Shown piece after piece: positions 45,973-54,999 of a stretch of DNA of 64,000 nucleotides (position 1 is the stretch's first letter; every line of letters begins with the position of its first letter). The position numbers and the translations under genes are program-made. The DNA is taken from contig OZ253442.1 of NCBI GenBank assembly GCA_965261085.1, positions 2,688,001 through 2,752,000 on the forward strand. Direction: 5' to 3'. Below the pieces are notes generated by a model that had not been told where the DNA came from, searched no databases, and saw nothing but the letters and a program-made list of their open reading frames with translations. Source of the stretch: a bacterium (GTDB lineage: Bacteria > UBA8248).

Positions 45973-47381
45973 GACGCAAGCTCTCCCCATAAGGCATCCG
46001 ACCTTGCGGCGATGCGGGAAAATCCATTTTTTTCGGGCAAGGGCGTCAGGCGCACCGGAACAGTGCGGCCTATCCATTCATCAGGACCGGAGGCCAACAC
46101 GCGGATGTAATTGTCCGACAAGCCGGTGAGAAAACCGTCTTCTACGCGGCGGCTCTCGAACAACACGTCCGTTTCTCTCCCCGTTTGGGAGGAGACGAAC
46201 GCCGTCCATTTCCTGCGCCCCAACTCCCGTAAGGCGCGCGCGCGGTTTTTCTGCTCGGCTCTTGAAATTTGCCCAGACATTTCGATGGCCGCCGTTCCCT
46301 CACGCGGCGAATACGGAAAAACGTGCAGATACGCCAGAGGCGATTCCCGCACCCATTCCATGGTTCGCTCGAACGCCTCTTTGCTCTCGCCGGGAAAACC
46401 GACAATAAAATCTCCGCCGAGACACGCCCCTTCTATTTTCTTCGCGATTTCATCGAAACGGCTCGCGCAGCGCGCAGCGGTGTAATTGCGGTTCATCGCC
46501 CTCAGTGTTTCATCGTCTCCGCTCTGGACGGGTATGTGGAAATGGCGGCAGACGTAACTCCCCTCGCTCAACGCGCCCGAACCGTACGCCTCGCCCGCCA
46601 CGACGCGGATGAGTTCGCGCGTGAATTCCCCCGGTTCCACGGAGGAGAGCCTGAGGCGGAAATTTCTTTTCATCTCCAGCAATCGGCTCACCAGACGGCT
46701 CAGTGTGCTGCGCGGCATCATGTCCCTGCCGTATGCGCCGAGGTGAATTCCGGTGAGCACCAACTCTTCGTGTCCGCCCGCAAGAAGGGTATCGGCGTGC
46801 TCCACGCATGAGGCCACATCCAGAGAGCGGCTCGCTCCACGCGCGATGGTCGTCGCGCAAAAAGAGCAGGAAAAGTTGCAGCCGTCCTGCACCTTGAGGT
46901 ACGCCCGCGTCCGGCTGCCGAACTGAGGCAGGACGACGCTCTCGATATCAAGGCTCTCCTCGATTGGAGAAACCCGCATCTCGGGCGTCTCATTCCTCAG
47001 CAACGGTTTAGCCAGTTCATCGGGGAGCCTGAGCTTTTCCCTGTTCCCGAGCAGGAGATCCGCTTCCGGGATCAGCATTTTCTCCGCGTTCGCCTGGGCG
47101 GAGCATCCTGCGATGACGACCCGGGCGGTTGCGCCGCCCATCCGCCGCGCTCTGCGCGCCAACCGCCTGCCCTCGCGGTCGGCTTCCGCCGTGACCGTGC
47201 AACTGTTGACGACGTAGACGTCCGCCTCGGCGTCAAACGGAACGAGCTCGAACCCGGCCCCGGCGGAGAGATGCTTCATGGCTTCGCCCTCGGCGTGGTT
47301 GAGCTTACACCCCAGATTCGCCAGGGCGAGCCGAAGGGGTTTCACGCTTGCGCTCTTCATGGCTTCGCTCGTCTCGTTCAT
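45969..47381 (-). CDS. mtaB: tRNA t6A37 methylthiotransferase (radical SAM)
   Basis: LGCKLN, NSCTVT, GC, KVQDGCNFSCSFC, LTGIHLG, HVFPYSPREGT, DNYIRV. Confidence 0.92.
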   Translation of the reverse strand: MNETSEAMKSASVKPLRLALANLGCKLNHAEGEAMKHLSAGAGFELVPFDAEADVYVVNSCTVTAEADREGRRLARRARRMGGATARVVIAGCSAQANAEKMLIPEADLLLGNREKLRLPDELAKPLLRNETPEMRVSPIEESLDIESVVLPQFGSRTRAYLKVQDGCNFSCSFCATTIARGASRSLDVASCVEHADTLLAGGHEELVLTGIHLGAYGRDMMPRSTLSRLVSRLLEMKRNFRLRLSSVEPGEFTRELIRVVAGEAYGSGALSEGSYVCRHFHIPVQSGDDETLRAMNRNYTAARCASRFDEIAKKIEGACLGGDFIVGFPGESKEAFERTMEWVRESPLAYLHVFPYSPREGTAAIEMSGQISRAEQKNRARALRELGRRKWTAFVSSQTGRETDVLFESRRVEDGFLTGLSDNYIRVLASGPDEWIGRTVPVRLTPLPEKNGFSRIAARSDALWGELAS

Positions 47382-47466
47382 TCGGGCTACCTTCAAATGT
47401 TGAGAAATGCTACTTTTACAGCGAATCTTACGCTTTGCGCAAATTGGCCCGCAAGGGCTGTTTCGC

Positions 47467-47496
47467 TTGACTAGGAAGAGTGGCAGTTGATAGGGT
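47467..47496 (+). promoter_or_regulatory. Possible sigma70 promoter for the coxM-like operon
   Basis: TTGACT, 18 bp, TAGGGT. Confidence 0.35.
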
Positions 47497-47679
47497 AACG
47501 CCGCCCGTATGAGAGTGAGAACTACTTGTCCGGCCAGGTCACCAGGGGATGCTGGCCGACACGTCACTCCGAGCGTTTTCCTTGATCCCCTTCTGTCGGG
47601 TATGATTCGGCATCGTTTTCAGTTTTCATGACAGGTGTGGTTATATTCTATTTCAGATGATTGAGGAGAGATTCCGTCT

Positions 47680-48546
47680 ATGCGTGGTTTTGAATTCGTG
47701 GCGCCGACGACCTTATCGGCGACCTTAAAGGCGGCAAAAGGCAGAAACACAAAATACATTGCCGGAGGCACCAATTTCCTGCCCGACCTCAGGCATCAGC
47801 ACGACGGGCCGGCGAAAGTCGTCATCGACCTGATGAGAGTCTCCGCGCTGCGGGGGATTTCCTCGGCCAAGGGCGAAATAAAGCTGGGCGCACTGGCGAC
47901 GATGACGGATTTACTGACCGACAAGACCATCCTTAAGGAAGCGCCCGTTCTGGTGGCGATGGCGGAGAAATTCGCAGGTCCGATCATCCGAAACCGCGCT
48001 TCGGTGGCCGGCAACATCATCGACGGGGGGCCTGCGGCCGACGCCGTTCTTCCCCTGCTCGCCCTGAAAGCGAAGGTGAGACTCGCCAGCGAAAAAGGAA
48101 GAAGAACCGTCGGCCTGGATAAATTCCTCACCGGATATCGCCAGACGGCCATCAGGCAGGATGAATTGATCACCGCCGTGACTTTCCCCTCCCCCGGCAG
48201 GAACCACAAGTGGGGCTATTACAAACTCGCCCGCCGCAACGCCATGGCCATCACCGTGGTGGGCGTGGCGGTCGTGTTGAAGGTGAGGCGCAACAAGGTG
48301 GAAGAAGCGGGCATTTCGCTGGGTTCCGTTACGGCGACTCCGATCCGCTGCTATGAGGCGGAGAAAATTCTCGAAGGAAACGTGGTCGACCTCGAGTTGG
48401 CTCAAAAGGCCGCGGAGGCATGCGCCGCCGTTGCGACGCCGATTGACGACATTCGCGCATCGGCGGAATACCGCAAGCTGATGTGCGAGGTCTTGCCCCG
48501 CCGTCTCATTTGCCAGGCCCTGGATATTTCACAGGACAACGAATAG
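47680..48546 (+). CDS. Xanthine/CO dehydrogenase-family FAD subunit (CoxM-like)
   Basis: AGGTN, IRNRASVAGN, PAAD, PIDDIRASAEYR. Confidence 0.92.
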   Translation: MRGFEFVAPTTLSATLKAAKGRNTKYIAGGTNFLPDLRHQHDGPAKVVIDLMRVSALRGISSAKGEIKLGALATMTDLLTDKTILKEAPVLVAMAEKFAGPIIRNRASVAGNIIDGGPAADAVLPLLALKAKVRLASEKGRRTVGLDKFLTGYRQTAIRQDELITAVTFPSPGRNHKWGYYKLARRNAMAITVVGVAVVLKVRRNKVEEAGISLGSVTATPIRCYEAEKILEGNVVDLELAQKAAEACAAVATPIDDIRASAEYRKLMCEVLPRRLICQALDISQDNE

Positions 48547-48590
48547 AAGACTCCATCGTCTCTTAGAATTTTATCGGAGAATCCTTGAAG

Positions 48591-49145
48591 ATGGCTACAG
48601 CGAGCAAATCAAAACGAACCGCGAAGAAAAAATCGAGCGCACCCGCATACGTGCCCCCCAAGAAGCTGCCCATTTCCTTCACGGTGAACGGCCAGGAAGT
48701 CAACACCGAAGCGCCCGCGCACACCACTTTGCTGTATCTGTTGCGTGACTTGGGTTTCACCGAAGTGAAAAACGGTTGCGAGGCGGGGGATTGCGGCGCC
48801 TGCACGATTCTTCTGGATGGTCTGGCGATGAACGCTTGCTGCGCGCTCGGCGTCCAGGCGGAAGGGCGTGAAATCACCACGGTCAAAGGCATCGGAACGG
48901 TGGGCAACCTCCACCCGATCCAGGAAAAATTCATCGAGCACGGCGCCATTCAGTGCGGTTTCTGTACGCCTGGAATGATAGTCGCCACGAAGGAATTGCT
49001 CGACAACACCCCGAACCCCAGCCGACAGGAAATCAAGGCCGGCATCGCGGGCAATCTTTGCCGCTGCACCGGCTATGTGAAGATTATCGACGCTATCGAG
49101 GCGGCGGCTGAAGAACTTTCCTCGAAGAAAGGAAAAGGGAAATGA
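48591..49145 (+). CDS. Xanthine/CO dehydrogenase-family 2x[2Fe-2S] subunit (CoxS-like)
   Basis: GCEAGDCGACT, QCGFCTPG, GNLCRCTGY. Confidence 0.94.
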   Translation: MATASKSKRTAKKKSSAPAYVPPKKLPISFTVNGQEVNTEAPAHTTLLYLLRDLGFTEVKNGCEAGDCGACTILLDGLAMNACCALGVQAEGREITTVKGIGTVGNLHPIQEKFIEHGAIQCGFCTPGMIVATKELLDNTPNPSRQEIKAGIAGNLCRCTGYVKIIDAIEAAAEELSSKKGKGK

Positions 49146-50092
49146 GTGTGACTGCCTCATCAAACTCAACCAAAGGGGAAAAAAGTTCGTCATACGGATT
49201 TGCGAGCGTCGTAGACGTTCAGGAGTCGTTCAGAAAACTCGACTACATCTCCGACAAAACGCTGGCGACCACCCTCTTCCTGGCCACGAAACTGGAAAAA
49301 CCCCTTTTCCTGGAAGGCGAAGCCGGGGTCGGGAAAACCGAACTCGCCAAGGTGCTCGCCAGCGCGATGGATACCGAGCTCATCCGTCTGCAATGCTACG
49401 AGGGTCTCGACGCGAGTTCGGCTCTCTACGAGTGGAACTATGCGAAACAACTCCTCCACATCAAGATGGAAGAAGGCAGGGACTCGGACGCGAAGTCGAT
49501 TGAAAAAGATATCTTCAGCGAGCAGTACCTGATAGAACGTCCCCTGCTTCGTGCGCTTTTGCGCTCGAAAGAAAAGCCGGTGGTCTTGCTCATTGATGAA
49601 ATCGACCGCTCGGACGAGGAGTTTGAAGCGTTCTTGCTGGAAATTCTCTCCGATTTCCAGATTACGATTCCTGAGATGGGGACCATCAAGGCGGTCAGCA
49701 AACCCCTGGTGGTGCTCACCAGTAACCGGACGCGTGAAATTCACGACGCCCTTAAACGACGCTGCCTTTACCTGTGGGTCGACTACCCCTCTTTTGAGAA
49801 AGAAGTGGAGATTATTACGACCAAGGTGCCCGGGATTACCGATCGCCTGGCGGAGCAAATCGCCCGCTTTATGACGCAGGCGAGGCAGATGGATTTCTAC
49901 AAACGCCCCGGCGTGGCCGAATCCCTTGATTGGGCGCAAGCGCTTCTCGCTTTGCATCGGAATGAGCTGGACGTGGAAGCCGTGCGAGAGACCATCGGCT
50001 GCATCCTGAAATACCAGGACGACATCAAGCGCATACAGAACGACGGCCTCGACAGCATGGTAGCGACGGCGCAACTCTCGCCCGACGCCTGA
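49142..50092 (+). CDS. MoxR AAA+ ATPase (CoxD-like)
   Basis: GEAGVGKT, RLQCYEGLD, LYEWNY, LIDEIDR, TSNRTRE..DALKRRC. Confidence 0.92.
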   Translation: MSVTASSNSTKGEKSSSYGFASVVDVQESFRKLDYISDKTLATTLFLATKLEKPLFLEGEAGVGKTELAKVLASAMDTELIRLQCYEGLDASSALYEWNYAKQLLHIKMEEGRDSDAKSIEKDIFSEQYLIERPLLRALLRSKEKPVVLLIDEIDRSDEEFEAFLLEILSDFQITIPEMGTIKAVSKPLVVLTSNRTREIHDALKRRCLYLWVDYPSFEKEVEIITTKVPGITDRLAEQIARFMTQARQMDFYKRPGVAESLDWAQALLALHRNELDVEAVRETIGCILKYQDDIKRIQNDGLDSMVATAQLSPDA

Positions 50093-50105
50093 TTCGAGCG
50101 ACTCC

Positions 50106-51371
50106 ATGGCAACCACCATCCGTCCCATCGTGCAAGGCACTCTGCCCAAGCGCCGGATTCGCGTAAAGGGCAGAGGCCTGAAGGGCGAGATGATCGGCTT
50201 TTGCCGAATTCTCAGGCGCGCGGGTCTCAAGATTACCTCCGGCCGCATCATCGACGTGTTCCGCAGTTTCGACTCGCTCGAGGCCACGAATCTCGACAAC
50301 ATCTATATCGCCAGCAAGTCGAATCTCATCTCAAGCCAGGATGAGAGCATGATATTCGACGCCGTGTTCCGGCAATACTGGTTCGATGAGGAAGGAAATC
50401 CTTACTCGGGCGACGAATCGGTACAGGTTGACACGCAATTCGAGGAAGAAGGCGAAGGACAGGCCGACGAGGGGGGCGGAACTTCGGAGGAAGGAGAATC
50501 GGACGCCGAAGGAGAGGGGCAGGAAAACCCGGGACTTCCCTCTGAAGATGACGTGGAGAGCGCCGCCGAACCCGGTGAGCAGGGAGATGACGACGAGGGA
50601 GTGCCCTCTTACAGTCCCGCCGAAGTCATATCGGACAAGGATTTTTCCGCGCTGAACATGGACCAGGTCGCCGAACTCAGGCGCCTCATTGCAAAACTCG
50701 TCCCCAAGCTCGCCACCAAAATCAGCCGCCGCAAACGGCCCGACATGCGCTCGCCTGAAATCGACATGAGGCGAAGCGTAACGAGAAGCGTTCGCTCGGG
50801 CGGCGAGGTGCTGAAACTTTTCCGCCGGAGAAGAAAGATACAAAAAACCCAGATCGTGCTGATCTGCGACGTATCTGGGTCGATGGACAGCTACAGTCAG
50901 TTCCTGATTCAGTTCCTCTACAGCCTGCAAAACGAGATTAAATCGCTGCGCACCTTCGTATTCAGCACGCGTCTTTCGGACGCAACGCCGTATCTGCGCC
51001 ACAAGGACGTCAACACCGCCCTCAAGCGCCTCTCCATGGAGGTGCACGACTGGAGCGGCGGCACGCAGATCGGCAACTGTCTCAAAACCTTCAACTATGA
51101 ATACGGCAGAACCATCCTCAACAGCCGCACCATTGTTATTATCATATCGGACGGCTGGGATCGGGGCGATACGGATACGCTGGGGGAGCAAATGACTCGC
51201 CTCAAGAAAAACTGCCACAAACTCTTCTGGCTCAATCCTCTGCTGGGTAGCCCCGGCTACCGCCCGATTGACAGGGGAATGAGAACGGCCCTGCCCTATT
51301 GCGACGAGTTCCTGGCCGCCCACAACCTCGACAGCCTGGTGGACATGACGAACAGGATCGCGCGCATATAA
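50106..51371 (+). CDS. VWA-domain protein (CoxE-like)
   Basis: DVSGSM MIDAS, FSTRL, WSGGT, SDGWD, WLNPL. Confidence 0.92.
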   Translation: MATTIRPIVQGTLPKRRIRVKGRGLKGEMIGFCRILRRAGLKITSGRIIDVFRSFDSLEATNLDNIYIASKSNLISSQDESMIFDAVFRQYWFDEEGNPYSGDESVQVDTQFEEEGEGQADEGGGTSEEGESDAEGEGQENPGLPSEDDVESAAEPGEQGDDDEGVPSYSPAEVISDKDFSALNMDQVAELRRLIAKLVPKLATKISRRKRPDMRSPEIDMRRSVTRSVRSGGEVLKLFRRRRKIQKTQIVLICDVSGSMDSYSQFLIQFLYSLQNEIKSLRTFVFSTRLSDATPYLRHKDVNTALKRLSMEVHDWSGGTQIGNCLKTFNYEYGRTILNSRTIVIIISDGWDRGDTDTLGEQMTRLKKNCHKLFWLNPLLGSPGYRPIDRGMRTALPYCDEFLAAHNLDSLVDMTNRIARI

Positions 51372-51451
51372 AAACTCTTCTTTTCTTCGCACCTCGTCTG
51401 GTTGCATAAATTACACTTTTATTGGCCTGCTTTCGCGGACAGGGAACGGAA

Positions 51452-52114
51452 TTGGCGAATCTACTGATTTACACGGCAGACAATGGGTTCGCGGATGCGC
51501 TCGGGCGAGCCCTGAGGCGTGAAGGCCATTTCTGCAAAATGGTGCAGAACGAAACCACGGCTTTACAGGAGGTGCGCGCCAGAGGTCTGGCCCTCATCTT
51601 GCTCGATGACGCCCCCGCACTGCCCAAAGTGGAGGAAATGAGGAGCTGGACCACGTTGCCGATCCTCCTGCTCCTCGAACCGGACCGCCTTGGCGTCATT
51701 CGCACACCCAGCGAGGCCGACGACATACTCGTGAAACCCGTACGGGAAGAAGAGCTTTTGTATCGCGTCCGCAACCTGTGCCATCGCACCACCCATGAGG
51801 TCGAGGGAGGCCGCACCCTCAAGAGCAAGGGTTTAACGCTCGATGAGAGCCGCTACGAGATCAGGCTCGATGGAGAGTTGATCGACCTGACGTACCGCGA
51901 ATTCGAGCTTTTGAAGCACCTCATCAACAATCCCGAGCGCGTCTTCGACAGGGAGCAGCTCCTGAACCTCGTCTGGGGGATCGACTATCTCGGAGGCCCG
52001 CGGACGGTCGACGTTCACGTCCGCCGCATCCGCGCGAAAATCGAAGTCAAGGGATATTCGTTTATTTCCACGGTGCGGGGGGTCGGGTACAAGTTCATCG
52101 GAGAATCATTGTGA
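51452..52114 (+). CDS. OmpR-family regulator with an atypical receiver domain, GlnR-like
   Basis: [31 protein letters not shown]; degenerate receiver; directly upstream of glnA; no cognate kinase nearby. Confidence 0.85.
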   Translation: [220 protein letters not shown]

Positions 52115-52142
52115 CGCCTGAATCTTCTGCAACTTTTCCGGC

Positions 52143-52190
52143 GAGACGAAAAACCGACGCTGCGAAACCGGCACGAAACATTCACGATAT
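52143..52190 (+). promoter_or_regulatory. Phased direct repeats resembling GlnR boxes upstream of glnA
   Basis: GAAAC (52164), GAAAC (52175), GATAT (52186) at an 11-bp period; weaker GAGAC (52143) and CCGAC (52154). Confidence 0.5.
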
Positions 52191-52234
52191 AGGCTGAATT
52201 GCTTTGAGGAGAAGTATCGGCTTATCTGGAGTTC

Positions 52235-53584
52235 ATGATGCCTGACGCATTTGGTGATAAAGATCGGGAATTCGTAATCAATCAAGCCCGCGAACTCGGC
52301 GTGCGTTTCATCCGCATGTGGTTCACCGACATACTGGGTTTCCTGAAAAGTTTCGCCGTCACCATAGAAGAACTGGAAAATGCGCTTTATGAGGGGCATC
52401 TTTTCGATGGGGCCGCCATACAGGGTTTCGCGCGCATCGAGGAGAGCGACATGTTCGCCCACCCCGATCCCACAACGTTCTGCGTACTGCCCTGGCGTCC
52501 GCAGGATGGCGGCGGCGTCGCGAGAATGTTTTGCGACATCAAAGACCCCGACGGCAACCCCTATGAAAGCGACCCGAGATTCGTGCTCAGGCGGACCCTT
52601 CAGAATGCGGCGCAAAAGGGATTTACGTTTTACACAGGCGTGGAATATGAACATTACTATTTCAAATCCCCCGAACCGCCGGTTGAAACGCTCGATAAGG
52701 GCGGATATTTCGACCTCACTCCCCTCGACATCGCGAGCGATTTAAGGCGCGAAACGGTGCTGAATCTCGAGAAGATGGGCATCGGGGTCGAATACAGCCA
52801 CCACGAAGTCGGGCCCAGCCAGCACGAAATCGATTTGCGCTACGGCGATGCGCTCACGATGGCGGACAACTCGATGACCTACCGGCTCGTCGTCAAGGAA
52901 ATCGCCATGCGGCACGGTGTTTACGCTACTTTCATGCCCAAGCCACTCTCTGAGGAGAACGGAAACGGTATGCACACCCATCTCTCCCTGTTCCAGGGTT
53001 CGACGAACGCGTTCCACGACCCCGAAAAACCGGGCGGGCTCTCAGATACATGCCAGGCGTTCATCGCCGGTCTCTTGAAATACGTCCCCGAGATGACGCT
53101 CGTCCTCAACCAATGGGTGAACAGCTACAAACGCCTGGTCCCCGGTTTCGAGGCGCCCACCTATGTTACATGGGCGCATAAGAGCCGCAGCGATCTGATC
53201 CGCATCCCCAGCACGCGCAAGGGCATGGAATCCGACACGCGCATCGAATTGCGCTCGCCGGACCCGGCGTGCAACCCCTATCTGGCTTTCGCCTGCATGC
53301 TGGCGGCCGGAATGGCGGGAATCGAAGAAGGCCTGCAGCCGGTCCCCGCCTCGGAAGAAAATGTATTTGAAATGAGTGAGGAAAAGCGTCGGGCAAAAGG
53401 CATCAAAAGCCTACCGGGGAATCTGCGGGAGGCCACGGTGCTGGCCGAGCAGAGCGATTTACTGAGAGGCGTGTTCGGGAGCCAGCTTTTCGAGAAATTC
53501 ATCGAGAACAAAAAACTCGAATGGGCGCCCTATCGCGCTCACGTCTCGGATTTCGAACTCAACAAATATCTCTCCATTCTTTAA
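52235..53584 (+). CDS. glnA: Glutamine synthetase type I (GSI-alpha size)
   Basis: FTDILG, FDG, EESD, HHEVGPSQHEI, TFMPKP, NGNGMHTH, GFEAP, RIELRSPD. Confidence 0.93.
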   Translation: MMPDAFGDKDREFVINQARELGVRFIRMWFTDILGFLKSFAVTIEELENALYEGHLFDGAAIQGFARIEESDMFAHPDPTTFCVLPWRPQDGGGVARMFCDIKDPDGNPYESDPRFVLRRTLQNAAQKGFTFYTGVEYEHYYFKSPEPPVETLDKGGYFDLTPLDIASDLRRETVLNLEKMGIGVEYSHHEVGPSQHEIDLRYGDALTMADNSMTYRLVVKEIAMRHGVYATFMPKPLSEENGNGMHTHLSLFQGSTNAFHDPEKPGGLSDTCQAFIAGLLKYVPEMTLVLNQWVNSYKRLVPGFEAPTYVTWAHKSRSDLIRIPSTRKGMESDTRIELRSPDPACNPYLAFACMLAAGMAGIEEGLQPVPASEENVFEMSEEKRRAKGIKSLPGNLREATVLAEQSDLLRGVFGSQLFEKFIENKKLEWAPYRAHVSDFELNKYLSIL

Positions 53585-53640
53585 TTTTTTTGGATAACGC
53601 CACCCCTCTCGGGAAGGAAGAAGTGAGGGAAGGAGGCGCG

Positions 53641-53970
53641 CTAGTCGGCGCAACTCTCCTCCAGCCACTCAAGGTAGGACGCACGACCCTGATCGACTGC
53701 TACGGCCAGCACCTCCGGCACGTCGTAGCTGTGAATTTCGGCCAGATGCTCGGAGAGACGTTGTAGTTTCTCTTTTGTGGTCTTCATGATGAGCAAGACT
53801 TCCGCATCGTCCTGAATCGCCCCCTCCCAGCGGTAGAAGCTGCGAACTTTCGGCACAAGATTGACGCAGGCGCACAGCTTGCGATCGAGCAATGATTTCG
53901 CAATCCGCGCTCCCTCTTCTTCAGTACCCGCCGTACTTATCACGACCCGGAACGCCCGCCCATCCTTCAT
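53641..53970 (-). CDS. cutA: Divalent-cation tolerance protein CutA
   Basis: ACVN, SFYRWEG, HSYDVPE, YLEW. Confidence 0.93.
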   Translation of the reverse strand: MKDGRAFRVVISTAGTEEEGARIAKSLLDRKLCACVNLVPKVRSFYRWEGAIQDDAEVLLIMKTTKEKLQRLSEHLAEIHSYDVPEVLAVAVDQGRASYLEWLEESCAD

Positions 53971-53980
53971 GGCTTTCTCC

Positions 53981-54934
53981 TCATGCGCCCAGTATCTTCT
54001 CGGCTGCGCTGTAAGGGTCCACCCTTCGCGCGGCGATGGCGTCCAAGAGTTCATCCAGTTCCCGCCCGCCTTCCGCGCCATCTCCCATGCGCTCGACCGC
54101 GAGTTCTTTCATCACCTCTGCGAGCGTGATGCGGGCGCGCTCCCGTCCCAGACGGTCGGTTTCATCCGGGTGTTCTTGCAAAAAGACCATGCGCGCCTCG
54201 ATCTGCGCGACCAATTCCTCCGTGCCCTCGCCCGTGAGCGCTTCTGTCTTCAGCACGGGAGGCCTCCATGAACCGTCGCCGGGATGGAACTTGAAGTCCA
54301 GCATTTCTTCGATTTCCATGACGGTGCGGTCCGCGCCGTCACGCTTCGCCTTGTTCACCACGAAGATATCGCCGATTTCCAGGATTCCCGCTTTCGCCGC
54401 CTGAATGTGATCCCCACCACCGGGCGTTTGGAGTAAAACGACCACATCGGCACATTGCATGATGCTCACCTCGCCCTGCCCCACGCCTACCGTCTCGATG
54501 ATCACGACGTCCCAGCCCATGGCGTCCATGACGCAGAGCGCATCTCCCGTCGCGCGGGCGAGTCCGCCCAGATGGCCGCGCGTGGCCATGCTCCGAATAA
54601 AGACTTTCGGGTCCGTATTGTGCCTGCCCATGCGGATGCGATCACCCAAAATGGCGCCTCCCGTGAACGGACTCGTCGGGTCCACCGCGATGACGCACAC
54701 CTTTTCATCCCGGCTGCGAAAGTGAGCGATCAACTGATCGGAAAGGGTACTTTTCCCTGCGCCGGGGGGGCCCGTGATGCCGATGACCAGGCTTTTTCCG
54801 CCTCTTAAATACAGTTCTTGCAGAATGGGTTTTGCGCGCGGATCATTGTCTTCGACCAGCGTGATAAGTCTGGCGGCGGGACGGACCATTCCATCGAGAA
54901 TCTGTGAGATTTGCATTTGATTTCTGTTGCTCAT
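53981..54934 (-). CDS. meaB: Methylmalonyl-CoA mutase-associated GTPase MeaB/ArgK
   Basis: GPPGAGKST, VDPTSPFTGGAILGDRIRM, ETVGVGQ, VNKA. Confidence 0.93.
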   Translation of the reverse strand: MSNRNQMQISQILDGMVRPAARLITLVEDNDPRAKPILQELYLRGGKSLVIGITGPPGAGKSTLSDQLIAHFRSRDEKVCVIAVDPTSPFTGGAILGDRIRMGRHNTDPKVFIRSMATRGHLGGLARATGDALCVMDAMGWDVVIIETVGVGQGEVSIMQCADVVVLLQTPGGGDHIQAAKAGILEIGDIFVVNKAKRDGADRTVMEIEEMLDFKFHPGDGSWRPPVLKTEALTGEGTEELVAQIEARMVFLQEHPDETDRLGRERARITLAEVMKELAVERMGDGAEGGRELDELLDAIAARRVDPYSAAEKILGA

Positions 54935-54999
54935 TTTAGATTATTTATCAATATGTTGTGGGCGTATTCTCAAGTTGTCCATAAATGGAGGAACAACCC

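Noticed and set aside
47680-51371. Aerobic CO dehydrogenase
   Set aside because: No large subunit is present, so the AYxCSFR signature cannot be checked; substrate is unassignable
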